DNA of 64,000 bases. Source: Eledone cirrhosa. Its lineage: Eukaryota. Position numbers and translations under genes: made by a program. Below, in pieces: positions 41,638 to 57,230 of this stretch. The notes beneath the pieces were generated by a model, which ran no database searches, was not told the DNA's origin, and was given only the letters and a program-made list of their open reading frames with translations. The stretch lies in contig OZ024743.1 of NCBI GenBank assembly GCA_964016885.1, forward strand, positions 260,338,001 to 260,402,000, given 5' to 3'. Numbering within the stretch: the first letter of the stretch is position 1; each line of letters begins with the position of its first letter.

Positions 41638-44600
41638 TGTGTGTGTATGTGTGTATGTGTCTGTGTGCGTGTGTGTCACACATTTATCCAGCCAATATTT
41701 AAAACTATTTTATCATTATCATATGACACGAAATAAATATATAAATTCAAATTTTTGTTACGGCAGTTTTTAGATTTGTAGATTATTAAAACATCTTTTT
41801 TTATCAGATTTGTGGTAAATTTGTTTTCTTATGCGTGAACTGTCTAATTTTAGAACAATACCTATGTATGAATAAAGCTGCCAAAATATATATCTATATT
41901 AAAATCTATTATATTTTTTTAACGAAACATAAGACACTGAAGAATAAGTTTCAGTTCTCCGATTCATTGAAAAGAAAAAATCGTGCATTGATTTTATAAA
42001 TGAATATGAATACCAAACTAAAAAGGCGCCGATAAGTTCAGTTCTCAAAATTGTGAGAGACAAAGCTTGCACAAAATGGCTGCCGTGAAATTAATTTTCC
42101 TCCAATATGTCTATATGCTTGTAAGATGTGTTTATTTTTTGTAATACGTGTATGCGTATGTATATATGTAAGTGTCTATCATTTTTATTGCTGGAAATAG
42201 AGAGAGATTATTTTAATCTATTTCTATTCCTTTCTCTTTCTTTTCATTCTAAATACGTCTATTAAAAGACGTCTAATGTAGGAAATTCCACCCATATTTT
42301 ATCCCCGTTATAATATATTTTTATCAGTTATTAAAGTCATTTGAAACTCATCAACTAGGAAGCTGTGTTCAAATTACAATTGAAATATCAAGATGAAAAT
42401 TATAGCTATTTTCTATAGCTTAGTGATTCAGTAGGAGTAACTGATGTTATCAATATAATAATGGAAATTAGCTGGCGGCAAAATTGCTACTAAGTTCTTC
42501 GCTTCCTATTACCTTATAATCGGACATTGGGAGGAAGTTAAGGCAAGCAAAGAATTCGATACTCCAAACATACAATGTCTAATACACGTGGATGTCCAAG
42601 ACACCAAGGAAGCTGAGATAGTGAGAGAGTACGAACAGAAGGAAGGAAGGAAAGAAGGAGACCAACTAGTAAGTTCTGCATTATTTGAGCGATGAACCAA
42701 ATAAATGATGAAGACAACGAAATAAAAGCAATTGGCAATAAAAGAAGATTTTTTCGAAACGTAGGGCGCCCATGATTGTTAAAATGACATGAAGAGGAAG
42801 ATGAATAAGGAAAGAAAGGAAAAAACATTGAAATACAAAGGAAAAGAGAAAACGGAAAAAAAGAAAAGGAATAAGAAGGCGCAGTCTGAAAACGTTTTCA
42901 TTCGGGGGAATGTCATATCATCATCTTCGACGTTTACGATTGAGCCATCGCGCCTATTCAATACTTTTGCCTTTGAACCCGAATCTAACAAAAAGGGGAG
43001 AGAATATAAACCACAACAAAGAAAGGAAAATGAAGATTAGGGAAGTTCACCATTTTATTTCTTTATTTATTGTTGACAAATACAGGAAAATTTCTTTCTT
43101 GTTAAGATTCATTTTTCTTTATTCTTCATTTTTTTCCCATTTTTTTCTTTTCATATTACAAAGTTATATTAGATGTATTTTTTGCGTGTGTTTGTATCTT
43201 TGTGTTGTTTCTTTCTCGAATGGTTTGTTGGCTGTGTGTTTTTATTTATTTCGATATTGTAATTACATGGTGTCAATGACAGTTTATTCAAAGCAACGTT
43301 CCAGTCCACACGATTTGTCCTTACCACGAAATACCAACCTTTCAAAGAAGCGAAGGTCTTTCGTTTTTTTCTTCTTCCCCCCATTATTCTTTGTGTTTTT
43401 TGTTTGTTGTTATTGTGGTTTGTTTTGTGGTTTACTTTCCTTTTTGCCTCTTAAGCATCGTTCTCTCCGCAGTTTCTTTGTCTATATATGAACGTGTGTC
43501 TGCGTGTGCATGTCTTCCAACCACGACCCTCCTCCTTTTTCTCTCTTTTTGGGGTTTCACAGTAAAACAAAAACTATTAGCAATAAAATAAAAAAAAAAT
43601 AAAATAAAATATTAAAATAAATGTATAAATAAATAAATAAATTAAAGACGAGATGCTGACTTAATGTGACTCTGAGGTTGTGGAATTGGGAAGAAATCTT
43701 ACGAATCCATTTTTCTTGTCTGATTTCTTTTTTATTTTTATTCTTCTTTTTATCTTTGAGGTTTCTGAGGTTACAAAAATACTATAAATATTCCGGAATT
43801 GTATAAAATATTTTGAAATTATGAATAAAATCAATTAAATCAATTAATATTTCTCAGACTGATCAACTTTCTTTCTTGTTTAATTTTTTTTTCTTATATT
43901 TTCTTGTCTTGCTTCTGAGGTGAGTAAGAACTTAATTAACAATGCTCGATTCGTCGATATTTTCGGTGAATGGATTCAGCGATCGGATTTCGATTCCCAG
44001 CTGAAAAATATTAATTTATTTACCGTCTTTATGTTCCCGAGAAAAGTCAGAAACGCCAACATTTCAAATTTCTCTTTCCTGTATACATTTAAGTACTTTT
44101 TTAAACGGTCTTATTATATTTAGTGTCAATTATAACAGTTTCCTATGATGAACCTTGTTATTCAAAGGTTAAACTTGCTAAGAACCATGTCTGGGTTTCG
44201 ATACTTCACCGAACTAATATCTTTTTCATTTCTAACGTTGAAAATAAAACCATGAAATATAAGGACACCACAAATTCTAAATTAGAACTTTCCTTAAAAT
44301 AGAGATCTTAAATAATTATCAAAGGAAATTAGTAATTAAATTCTTATTCAATTCAATTAATAAACTAAAGCAACAGAAAAGTTATTGTATATTATAATAT
44401 AGATTTTTATACAGTTGATTATATCGACTAAAGTAGTTGACTGGTGCTTTATTTTATTGACACCAGAAAGATGAAAGACGAAATTGTCGTCGATGGAGTT
44501 TGTACTAAGAACGTAAATAGGGACAAACAATTGCTTACACTACCGTTTCTGCCAATCTAGTGCTATTAAATGCTATAAAATATAGATAACTGGGCTTACT

Positions 44601-46659
44601 AAAATATATGAGTATAATTTTTTAAGGATGACAAAACACATACAAAAAAACATACATACACACACGGCTTTGTGTGTTTGTATGTGTGTGTATGTATGTG
44701 TGTGCAAGTATGTGTGCGTGTGTGTGTGTGCGTGTGTGTGAGTGTGTGTGTATGTGTGTTTATATTCGCGCGTGTGTGTATGTGTGTGTGTGCATGTATC
44801 GATATATAAATCTGTACGCAAATTTTTTGTAAATAATGTATGTGTGTTAGTATGTGTTTAAGTGTGTATGCATTGTGTATATATGACGTCCCGCTGAGTT
44901 ATCTCCCTTAGACGTTGACGTTTGACCTGAACGAAATTTAATTATTTCAATTTTAGACTGGCAGTATTGCACAATGGTAGTAAACTCAGCTGCATTTGAA
45001 AAAGCTACTGATTCATGTATATTTAGTTGGAATCCCTTCACTTAAGCCTTCGTTCGTTTTTTAACACTGTGCGACATGGCATGAACGTCACAACATCTAA
45101 TTTTAATTTCATTTCTTATTTTTACTGTGGTGCAGCATTGCCGAATAGTTAAAAAGTTCGCTTCGCAATAATTAGGTCCCAGGTTCGATCCCATAGCATG
45201 GTATTTGGGGCATCTGTAATTTACTATAGCTTTGGGTTGACATATGCCTTATAAGTGAAATTGGTTAGACAGAAATTGTTCGGAAGTCCGTCGAATGGAC
45301 AGTAACTCTAAATTCAAAAGATCAGCTTTGTCACATACGGTGTCATGCTGAATCTACCTGAGAATTACGTTGATGTGACACCTGTCTGTGGAATTCCCAG
45401 TCACGTGTATGTTAATTCCTTAACATGTTGTTCTATTGATCGAACAACTGGAACACTCATCGTCAAATTTGACAGCGGTCCATTCCATTACATCCTTTCA
45501 TGACTTTACTACACCGAGTCGAGCGGAACAGAAGATTGCTCAGTTCCAACAATGACAGGTTACAAGCAATTGACTCATATGTCCTTGACGTTATTACTAA
45601 TAGACTCGTGTGTTCTAGATCTGTTTAACTACCAGCGACTGGGTCTCCCGTTAATGTATGTATGTGTGTATCCGTAACTCCTGGTAGAGTCGTAGGGGCA
45701 CAGTAGAGTCATGCAGCGTTTCTTGAGCATTTTTTAAAACCTGGTGGAGCTCATCTCCCTTCCAGGTCTGAACACAGTAGATTTCTTCCATAGAAAGAGA
45801 GGAGGTATAGAAAGGAAGCGAGAAAGATAGATAGAGCACTGGACTGGTACTTTTTACATCGACCTCAAAAAGATGAAAGATAAAGTTGATCTCGACGAGA
45901 TTTGAACTCAGAGCGCAGAACACCAGAACGAATACCTAAACAACCTACGCGATGTTCTAACCTCACTGCCAATTCTCTCGTTGATAGGTGTCATTAGAGG
46001 AATGAATAAATGCTTAACACCAACTTGTTAGGCTGGTTGTATGTTGGTGCTAAGTTCGATTCCTGAATTAGGAGTCGTTAGTAGATATATGACTAATAAT
46101 TGATGACAACAAAAGGATAATCCACTTTGACTCCTCTGCTGTTCAGTCGAACAAATTGCTATTTTAATCAAAATGATATGCTACTGGTGGGTTATAATTT
46201 AGGCACAAAGTCCGCAATTCGAGGGAAGGGGAGGTCGACTATATAGATACCAGTACCTGACTGCTACTTTATTTTATCGACGTCGAAAAGGCAAATTTAA
46301 CCGCGGAAGAATTTTTTTTCTATTGCTCAGCCAGGCAAGGTAATCAAGCCACTAAAATGCGAGGAAAATGGATATGGCAGAAAACATAATTGAGGAGAAA
46401 AAAATGACGATTGATGTTGCTTTTGAAGTTTTGCAAATTATAATGCAATTTAAGAGAATTTTGGCTGCTATTTCTAGCAGCCTGAGTGACCATATTTTGG
46501 CTCTTTATGTACTGAAGTCGATGGAATTGACTATATCTGCCATGCCATGGACTCTTAGCTCCTGATGGAGACGTAGGGGTGTGGTCGTGACATACGTCAT
46601 GTCGTGGGCATTTAAAAACTGGCCAAACCCATCGCTTTCTAAGTGTGAACACAGATGGC

Positions 46660-46720
<61 letters not shown>

Positions 46721-47059
46721 ATCTATCCTAGTACTAGCTTCGTACTTTATTTATCAACCTCGTAGACAGAACAAATACCACAAAGCCGTCTACTGACTTC
46801 ACCAATTCACCGCCTTTGACTAGATCTATATTTTGCAAATATCTCTTGTTTGAAATGTTTCAAATATTTCAGTGAAATGTTTCAAATATTAATTTCGATC
46901 GATATAACAAATCTTTTCCAGTGTGATTATTTCAAATGAATATTTATGAGATGAGTAAATAAAATAGAAAATAATTAAATTATTTTTTAGATGTAGAATT
47001 CGTTTACAGGATTATTGGAGACACATACGCAGCGACAGAGGCGGAGTTGTGTGTATATA

Positions 47060-47745
47060 CAGGGTGATTTATAGAAACTGTCCCCGCGCATGTTTTGTGT
47101 CACTGTATATTCATTTTCTAACCGATCAACCTTAAGTTTCCGGACATGGCAGACACAACGTCTGAAAAACAAGTCCCAAATGAAAGCTCCTGGACCGGAA
47201 TTTCCGGCTCATACAAGTAGGTGCAGGAGCATATTTCATGCTTCTTTCGGAGCCGACAGATCTCCCATCAAAGCCGAAATACAAAACTGAGTGAAAATGT
47301 GTGAGATCTATAGAACAATGGAGAACCTCAATACAATGTCGGAGGAACGTCCTACCCACTATCGACCACCTAGGAAGCGTCCACAGGAAGCTATTGACAT
47401 GGGCTGAGATTCTGTTGAACAGAGCTGTAAACGAAGGCTGCGTACGAAATTCCAATTGTTGGGCTTCTCCACAGAAACTTGCAGAAGGGTTATCAAAGAG
47501 GACCTTAAGAAGTACCCCTACAGAATACAGACTAAACAAAAGCTTACTGTAGTTGATATGTTCAAGAGAAAGGGCTATGGCTGAATAAATACCGGTAAAT
47601 ACCTGCACAGATTTTCCGAATGTGCTGTGGACCTCTGATGAAACCGACTTTCACTTCAACGAGAAGATCAACTCTAAGAGCAATGTGTTCTGGATATCGA
47701 AGAAACCCATTGAAATGGCTGGGAAACCTCTCCACTCGGCTATGT
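47060..47745 (+). mobile_element. Decayed Tc1/mariner-superfamily fragment (DD41D/rosa-like)
   Basis: TA-cagggtgatt TIR-like start; remnant LWTSDETDFHFNEKINSKSNVFW resembles the first catalytic Asp block. Confidence 0.7.
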
Positions 47746-47757
47746 GTGAGTGCAAAT

Positions 47758-47842
<85 letters not shown>

Positions 47843-47982
47843 TGTATATATATATAGAAGGTAAGTAATATTGTAGAACAATAAAACTATGCATATATCA
47901 GATAAGTAGCACTCAACAGTTGGTAGAACTGGAGTATATATAATAAAGATGAAATAAAAGATGGTTATAAGAGTTCCATATA

Positions 47983-48048
47983 TTTTATTATACGTATTTC
48001 GAATACAAAATCAGCCTGGGACAGATATTGTGTTCTCTTCAGATAAAA
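47983..48048 (-). ncRNA. Minimal hammerhead (left arm)
   Basis: ttttat-CTGAAGA-gaacacaa..ttgtattc-GAAA-TACGTA-TA-ataaaa. Confidence 0.85.
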
Positions 48049-48111
48049 AATGTAGACTTAACACTTTCCTATAAACAAGTGCTATTATTCCTCATATCAT
48101 TGTACCTTATT

Positions 48112-48177
48112 TTTTATCTGAAGAGAATACAATATGTGTCCCATGATGATTTTGTATTCGAAATACGTATAATAAAA
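48112..48177 (+). ncRNA. Minimal hammerhead (right arm)
   Basis: ttttat-CTGAAGA-gaatacaa..ttgtattc-GAAA-TACGTA-TA-ataaaa; palindromic stem III. Confidence 0.88.
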
Positions 48178-48214
48178 TATATGGAACTCTTATAACCATC
48201 TTTTATTTCATCTT

Positions 48215-48303
<89 letters not shown>

Positions 48304-49264
48304 CATATATATACAGAGAGGGAGAGAGAGAGAGGGGGGTAATATGAGTGGGGAGTAAGATTAAGACAAAGGTGAGAATGTCGCGTCACCTAGTGATTAA
48401 GGTGTTGGACTCACAATCATAAGGTCATGAATTCGATTCCTAGACTGGAAGGCGCTTTATGTTCTTCAGCAAGAATGATTAAAGCAGTTGGGTGGCCAAC
48501 TAAATCTACATAGGTGTTAACTGTAATAATATCATACCTATTATTAAAACACACAAAAAAAAAAAAATTTGAAATACAACTTCATGGAAGGTCAGTTAAT
48601 TCTACATAAATCTCATAGAGAAAGGATTTGAAATAGAAATAGACCCCATTTGATCATAATAGTGAGAGATGGGGAGGATGGGAGAGACGGAAGCGATGAC
48701 AGTGGGAGTTTGGTTCCTCTGTGTTCGGACCTGGTGTGTGACTGATTTAATAGTAATTGTTTTTCTTTTATATGTCGGATAATGTTACGTGTTCCTAAGA
48801 TAATCTTTGAAAAAGAAATAGAATTAAAGAACATTTTATAACTAATGTAGGAGAAAAATGTTTATTATCATGATTATCATTTTTTTCCCCAGAAGAAAGG
48901 GCAGCGGGCTGGCAGTAACTGTAGAACGTCAGTCAAAATGATTTGCAGTATTTAGGTACCTCTTTCCTCGCTCAGTGTTCAAACCCTGTCGAGGTTAACT
49001 TTCATCCTTCTGTTGTCGATAAAATAACTACTAGTTAAGTACTGGGTCGTTTTCATCGACTTTCCTCTCACATCAATTACTGGCCTTATGCCAATGTTAG
49101 AAGTAATTATTATTTTCAGAAGTAGTCGCTCATAAGATTGACAGAATAAAACAATATTTCCATTGTTTTTTCCATTATTGATATTATCTGCCGGTCGCAA
49201 CTTCTGGCAGACGAAATGTACCGATTGTCAGTTTTTATACACTGAATAGCCTAGTATTGATATA

Positions 49265-49318
<54 letters not shown>

Positions 49319-49393
49319 ATACACGCTTTGATTACCTGTATAGGTAATATTTATTAGAATGCTGTTGAAGTGTGTATATATTTTGGGGGGACA

Positions 49394-49424
<31 letters not shown>

Positions 49425-51273
49425 CGTGTGTGTGTGTGTGTGTGTGTGTGTATCAGTGGGTGGTATATATGTTTAATGGTAACGTTGATTTGTACATCCT
49501 TAAAATAACCATGTGGCATGTATTTGTTCTAAGAAAAAAACAAAGGAATATATAATTTTCCAAATTCACAAATATGAAACTGATATTGAATTGTTGATTT
49601 CATCTAAAGTTTTGAACCCTTTTTTTTTCTCCTATAATTTAATTATTTTACTAAATCCCTCTAAATTTTGATTATGCTCAAAATTATTTAAAAACCATAA
49701 GCACTGTCTTTCAATGGTAATATGGAAATATATGCTTAAAGTGTTTATATTTATCTAAAAGCCATCCTTCAGGATTTTGTGTAAGAACCTTTTATTAAGT
49801 TGTGTTCTATACGCTGAATTAATAACGAGAAAGTTATATTTCTAAATCCCTTCAAATTCTTGATAATTTTCAAAATCATTTGAAAATTACAAGCAGTGAT
49901 TAGAAATATGGCATTGAGACAGTTGCTAGCTGACTTATTGTAATGAGAATCTCGATATACTTCAACCTTAAAATTTGACATGTGAGTATGAAAAAGGAAA
50001 ATCATAGGAACTCACATATCCCTTATGGTCACATTTTACCTCGAAAGTTGAATTTCAAAGTACTGTGCCACTTTAGCCCGTAGTCTACTTCGTCATTTAT
50101 ATTTTAGCGTGCGGTCTACCTAGCCATTTATAGTTCAACATTTAATCTACCTGGTTTTTGACAGCTCAGTGTGTGGTATAACTGCACATTTACAGTTCAG
50201 TGTGCATTCTACCTCAACTACAAAAAGTCTATACTGGAAAAAGATAAACACAAGTTGAATAATATTGAATAATGATTTATTATTAATGATATACATTTAT
50301 TCATCAAATCAAAACCATCAAATATGCTAAGTAGCCCTCTAATGGTCATCATTATGATCGTATTCCTTATTAGAAATCATTACGATGGAATTCATTGGTG
50401 CTAAAATGTTACAAAACCACAACATCAGCTGGGGTCCCCGGTAAACAGGTTAGGTCATTACAAAGTGCTTACCTCACGCTAGAATAGCACCAAAAATATT
50501 TATAAAATATCTATCACAAATTTATTGCGAAAATGTGAGAGACAGAACTGAGCTTCCAGTTTCCAAAATATACCGTATTTCAGTTCTTTCTTATGGACTT
50601 TGATCTGAGACGGAGTTGAACTCCCGGTTGCCGGAATATACAGTATTTTAGTTTTCTCTTATAATCCCTGAGCTCATATTTTTAAGATATAAAATAGTCG
50701 AAAAATAAAATAATAATAATTAAAATATAAATGAAAATGCGGGAGAAGAAGGCAAGCAACCCTTCTAATCAATTCTCCTTCCCCTAGAAACATCCTAGGC
50801 TTCATGCCTATGTAAGAAACAATTATACCAGAAGAAGAAGAAGAAGAAGAAGAATGCAACACAGAAGGAGGAAAGGGAGGCAAAGTTGTGTGAGAGAAAA
50901 AATGGACTGGGCGTGCAGGGCGAGAGAACGAGAAAGAAGGGGAGAGAGAGAGACCCCCACCTGACTGCTGTAGGTTAAGAACTGAAGTAAAAGGCAGTAC
51001 ATTACATGGGAAAGCAATATGTTTGTCGTGGCAGCTGTATGAGCGAAAATTGAGGGGAGGGGATCCAGGTGGGTTGAGGGAAAGAAACTCTGGGGTGATA
51101 GAGACAGAGGTGGGAACGACCTCCCCAACAGGTCAAGTAGCGGTGTAGGAGGGTTAAATAAGCTTCATACATGTATTGTGCCGTATTATCATGGAGATGG
51201 AGATGCCAGATTCCATATGCAATATATATATGTGTGTGTGTGTGTGTGTATTTATCTCTCTCTCTATATATAT

Positions 51274-51376
<103 letters not shown>

Positions 51377-51664
51377 CAGACAGACAGAAAGAAAAAGATG
51401 TATAGATAGATATATACATAGATAGATATATATAGAAATATAGCTAGATAGAGAGAGAGAGAGACACACACACACACACACTAGTCACTGGGTGCGTTTA
51501 GCAGAGTTCATTCTACTGCTACTATTCTGTATCCAGTTCTGAATTTGAAGATAACTTCCTCCCCTTGTTCCCTCTAAAAAATAATATCTCAAGGGCGCTG
51601 TCCTTCCCATCCTTAGGGGGAAATAACATTAAAATTATATACATACATACATATATATATATGT

Positions 51665-51740
<76 letters not shown>

Positions 51741-52227
51741 GTTGACGGACCCAGCATATATATATATATATATAGTAGAAATAGTAGAAAGTATGACCCC
51801 GACGTGTAGTGGAGACGTGTGTATATTTTCTTACTATGATATTTTGTAATATATTTTACATAGATCAATAATAGAATGGACATACGGGGAACTACTTCCC
51901 CCCAGAAACGATCGTAAAATAATGAGTTGTACTATGAATTAACCGTTTTTTGTTTAATTTCATTGTTTTACTATTTGTATATATATATATGTAAGTATGT
52001 ATGTATTAGTGTTTCATCTAATAGCTTGGGAAGGTGAAGCGAATATAACATTTTTCTGTTGGTTGCTTATAAATGACCACTTCTGTTGTAAGTAGATAGT
52101 ATATGCCAGTCTCACTTCCGGTCAGGCAGAGGCGGGATTTGAACTAGGAGCGCAGTGAACTGGAATAAATGCCGAGGCATTCAATCAGATATCCTAACGA
52201 TTCTTTGTAATTCGTACACACACACAC

Positions 52228-52272
<45 letters not shown>

Positions 52273-52336
52273 ACGTGTATATATATATATATATATATAG
52301 TTACATATATATGTGTGTGTGTGTATGTGTGTATAC

Positions 52337-52368
<32 letters not shown>

Positions 52369-53030
52369 ATATATATATGCATGCATGTATATATGTAAGC
52401 ATGTATACATACAACTGGCGCTTTTGTTCCAGTTGATTAGATCAATAGAACACCCTACTCCTAAAATTAACCTGTATGTGGCTGAGTATTCCAAAGGCAT
52501 GTGTACTCTCAGAGACATTCAATGTGACACAGAATGTGAGATGGCTGGTCCTTCAAATTACAGGTGCAACTTCTTTTTGCTCAAGGACACCAGGCACCAC
52601 AGAGAACCGAACTCATGTCGATAATGAGCTAAATATCCTAACATCAAAGCCACACGCCTTCACACATACTTATAGGAATATATACACATAGGAATAAACG
52701 TTAAGACTGTTTTGTGTGATTATATAATCACACAAACCTCTTGACGTTTATTCAATAAAGATACTAATCTTATTTCACTGGTTGTTACATACTATCAACG
52801 TGAAGTTCTTTATACTGCATACACCAAAGTTTGTTGATTGATACAACATTCAGGAATAAACGCTTGAATAAATAACGACTACACGCACACACACACGCAC
52901 ACGCACACACACACACACGCACACGCACACACTCACACACTCATATATATATATATATTTATTTATTTATATAGATACATATGTTTATATATATATACAT
53001 ATATATGTATATATACATACATATGTTTGT

Positions 53031-53075
<45 letters not shown>

Positions 53076-53154
53076 TTGTAATAAAATGAAAACGAAATTT
53101 CATTTCTCACTCTTAGTACATACATACTTACATATATATATATACATACATACT

Positions 53155-53187
<33 letters not shown>

Positions 53188-53191
<4 letters not shown>

Positions 53192-53274
53192 CGAAGGAAA
53201 TGTGGTAAGGAACCAGATGGACCATAACGCACCGTCGAAACGGCTTGAGCTCAGCCAACGGGGTCCTACTCGTT

Positions 53275-53279
<5 letters not shown>
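53188..53279. mobile_element. Tiny two-part PLE-end insertion related to 12017-12211
   Basis: ataacgaaggaaatgtggtaaggaaccagatgg joined to ccgtcgaaacggcttgagctcagcc...ctcgttccta within (TA)n. Confidence 0.78.
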
Positions 53280-53309
<30 letters not shown>

Positions 53310-53312
<3 letters not shown>

Positions 53313-55830
53313 CACCAACTCACAACATTGTTCTGGGGGACTTCAATGCACATCTGAGTAAGGAGAGCAGTGAAGATCCTTGCTGGTATTTCCATAACAA
53401 CACCAACCAAAATGGAAGTCTACTGAGAGACACTCTGCTGGAGGCGAAGTTGATAGCAACCAACCTAAAGTTTAGGAAGAATCCGGCGAAGATGTGGACC
53501 TACATCTCAGATATGCCCCTGTCCAAGTCCCAGATTGATTTCATTCTAGTGAGGAAAAAGTGGCGGAATAGTGTTCTGAACTCAGAACCATACAATTATT
53601 TCAGTACACTGAGCAGTGACCACCGGCTTGTTATGAGTGAGGTCCGGGTGAGCTTAAGAAAGAGCAAGGCTCGGCCCCGGAGAGCAATCTATGACTGGGG
53701 AGCTTTCAAGGAAGATGATAAGCTACAGGAGTGTTCACAGTAGAAGTGAGGAACAGGTTCAGTGCTCTGTGTGGAGAGACAGAGGAGAGAGAGATTGGAG
53801 GGTCTGAGGAGAGTGTGACGAAGAGGTACGGGTACTTCACCACTGCAGTGGCGGAAGCAAGTGAGACCCTGGTGCCGAGGAGAAAGAACAAAAGGAAGCA
53901 CGTCAGCTCTGCAGACCCAAAAGTGTGTACAGCCAGAGAACACCTGAAAGCTGCCAAGGACCAATTCTATGCTGATCCTATGGAGGAGAGGAAGGAGACT
54001 GTGGAGGTAATGAGGGAAGAACTCTGTACCGCTTACATTGAGGCCAGAGAGGAGGCACTGATAGAGAAGCTCAGAAGTGTGGAGAAAGCGGTTGGCACGT
54101 CTGGATGTAAGGATAGCTGGATGATCATCAACGAGATCACAGGGAGGAAGAGAAGGTGTTCGAGTCAGATCCAGGGAACAGGGCCCGAGGATAGGAAGGG
54201 GAAATGGCTAGACCATTTTAGGACCCTACTAGGAGAGCCACCCTCCACAGCCCAGAACACTGGGGAGATCAGGCGGCTGTTTGAGGAACTGGATATTGAG
54301 ACAGGACCCTTCACCAGAGAGGAGCTTCAGAGAGCCAAGAAGAAGATCAAGGAGGGCAAGGCTCATGGAGAAAATGGAGTGACATCAGAGGTGATGAAGA
54401 GGTGTGATTTTGATGATATCATCCCGGGGTTCTGTAACCAGGCACTGGAGAAAGGAGTTGCCCCGAATCAGTGGAGGATTAGTAACATCGTCCCAGTGCC
54501 AAAGAAGGGAGATTTCTTTAACACCAACAACTACAGAGGGGGGGGATCTCGCTGACGTCACTTATGGCAAAGATCCACAACAGGAGAATTCTTAACAGGA
54601 TCCAGCCCGAGTTGGAGAAGAAGCTCAGGGACAACCAGAACGGCTTCAGAGAGGGAAGATCAACCACCAGTCACATCCTGGTGCTAAGGAGAATATTAGA
54701 GGAAGCTAGAGCAAAGTGCCTTCCCTCGGCCATGGTTTTCATTGACTTTAGGAAGGCCTTTGATTCTGTGGACCGTCACTGCCTGATGAAGATCTTACAG
54801 GCTTATGGAATCCCCAAGAAGCTAGTGGACCTGATATCACTGCTCTACACAAATACCAAAACCCATGTCATTACAGCTGATGGGATGACAGAGTTCTTTG
54901 AGATACTGGCTGGAGTGCTCCAGGGAGATACATTTGCTCCCTACCTTTTCATTATCGTAGTGGACTATTGTATGCGCCTTGTGCTGGAGAAACACCAGGA
55001 CTCTGGCTTCACTGAAACACCGGATTAGAGCAGGAGAGTTAAGGCAAAAAAGATATCGGATACTGAATTTACCGACGGCATAGTTTTGGTGACAAACACA
55101 GTGAAGGGGGCAGATGATTTGATGCAGGAGGTGGAGACTGTGTCGATGAGTGTGGGGCTGAGAGTGAATGAGATTAAGACAAAATATCTGGTAGAGAATA
55201 TTAAGAAGCCAGAGAAGATTACTAATGTAGGTGGGAAGCCGCTGGAATTGGTTGAGGACTTCCTGTATTTTGGAGCAAAGATTGGGAATACGGAAGATGA
55301 TGTGGTCGAGCGGAAGAGCAAATCCTGGGCGGCGTGCCACAGCTTGAGATCGGTGTGGAAGTCGGACCTTCGTAAAGACCTGAAGATCCGCCTCTTCGTT
55401 GCTGTAGTGGAGTCTGTGCTGCTGTACGGGACTGAGACTTGGACACTGACCAAGAAACTCACTCAGATGGTGGATGGGTGTTACACGAAAATGCTGAGGA
55501 TGGCTTTCAACATTAATCAGTATACACTGAGGATGAAGAGCTCAGAGCTGTACGGGAGCCTCCCCTAAGTCTGCTCAAAAGTGACACAGAGGAGACTGAG
55601 GTTATCTGGACATGCTCACCGACATCCAGAGTTGACACTGCACTCAGTGCTCCTGTGGGAGCCCCTGCATGGACACACTGGAAGAGTAAGATCGAAGTTA
55701 ACATATGTTGATGCCCTAAGGACAGACACTGGTCTATTGGAGACGCAGGAGATGGCAGCGAATGAGGGACAGAGACCGCTGGAAAGAACTCGTCCATGGA
55801 TCTCTGGAATTTTACCCGCCCTAGATAGAT
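53310..55830 (+). mobile_element. 5'-truncated RTE/RTEX-like LINE (partial APE endonuclease + RT), frameshifted
   Basis: LGDFNAH, IDFILV, SDH; VPVPKKGD, QNGFREGRST, IDFRKAFDSV, GVLQGDTFAPYLF, decayed FADD (FTDG), LLYGTETW, RRLRLSGH. Confidence 0.92.
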
Positions 55831-55839
55831 AGATATATA

Positions 55840-55917
<78 letters not shown>

Positions 55918-56231
55918 CCGAAAGACACACACACCCATGGAAGAAGTAAATGAAGTCAAGGATATAGCAGTTTGTAAAGTTTTATTTGCAATTTATTTAG
56001 AGTAGAAAATCAATGATATAATCTGAAGAATTAATGTATAACTGTTGATATTCCTGAAGTTGTGTTCAGCTCAGCAACTCACATCGGTATAGAATCTAAT
56101 CAATTCTATCATTATAAGTTAATATATTTCTGGGAACTGAATCATTAGTATAAAATATTTTGCTCTTCAAAAAAGAAACAAAAAAAAAACAGACTTGTTA
56201 CTCATCTGGTTAGTCCATTCTTTCCCTTTCT

Positions 56232-56555
56232 TAATAATTATTTCTACTTTATGCACAAGGTCAGCTATATTGTGATGGGGAAAGTTGAGTATATTGGCTC
56301 AGTACTTTATTTTATTAACCTCGGAAGGGTGAAAGTCAAAGTTGATCTTGGTAAGATTTGAACGCAGAATGTAAAGACACAAGGCCAACAATTTTGGGGA
56401 AGAGGAAAGTCGATTAAATCGACCCCGTAAGGGGGAAAGGCAAAGCTAACCTCAGCGAGATTTGAACTCAGAATGTAAAGGGGCGTAACTCTATGCCTCA
56501 CAGCATGTTGTCCGACGCTCTACTGATACAGTTAATCAATCATCCTCACTCCGCT
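56232..56555 (-). mobile_element. Nested or degenerate SINE copies
   Basis: Two overlapping reverse-strand SINE bodies (ttgaactcagaatgtaaag; gtcgattaaatcgacccc). Confidence 0.75.
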
Positions 56556-57183
56556 TCTTAATAATATATCTCATTAAATAATGTTTTATATTAACTGCAT
56601 GTCAATAGAAAGCCAACCAGAGAGAGCGAAGGTTCGCGACTAAGTGTTTATAGTGTTGGACTCACGATCCTAAGGTTGTGTGTTCGATTCCTGCACCGGA
56701 CGTTGATGCTTTATTTCACATTGCATTTTTTTCTGATTAGGACTTGGAACCCCTTTCATTAAAACACCTAATAAACCTTTTATGTGTTGTAAAGTAACCA
56801 GCTAAAGCTGCATAGATATGAAATTTCTTTTTTTCTTTTCGGCCACTTCTGAAGCCGAACAGCACAAATTGATCTCTCTGACGGTCAAGTTTCAATTGAT
56901 ATTTTACTTCTTTTGCTTCTTGGCTTATTATTCTGTTGTCAGTCATTAAAGGCAACTCGATATTCTCTTCTTTTTGTCACTGAGAGAGTCCGCCATCAGA
57001 TTGACCAACAATCTGTCCTTCGTTGAAATTTGAAATTTCCTAACAATGTATTCTAGACATACCATATGGTGGGTGTCACAATCACGATCTAAATTAAAAG
57101 AAATGAACATTAGTCATGGTAATCTAAAACAGTTTGCATGTATAGATAGATGGATACATATATATATATATATATACTCATAT

Positions 57184-57230
<47 letters not shown>

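Larger units (their letters stand above)
47858..48222. mobile_element. Miniature fold-back PLE end with two hammerheads
   Basis: Inverted arms about 47936-48050 and 48109-48222; (TA)n on both sides. Confidence 0.85.
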
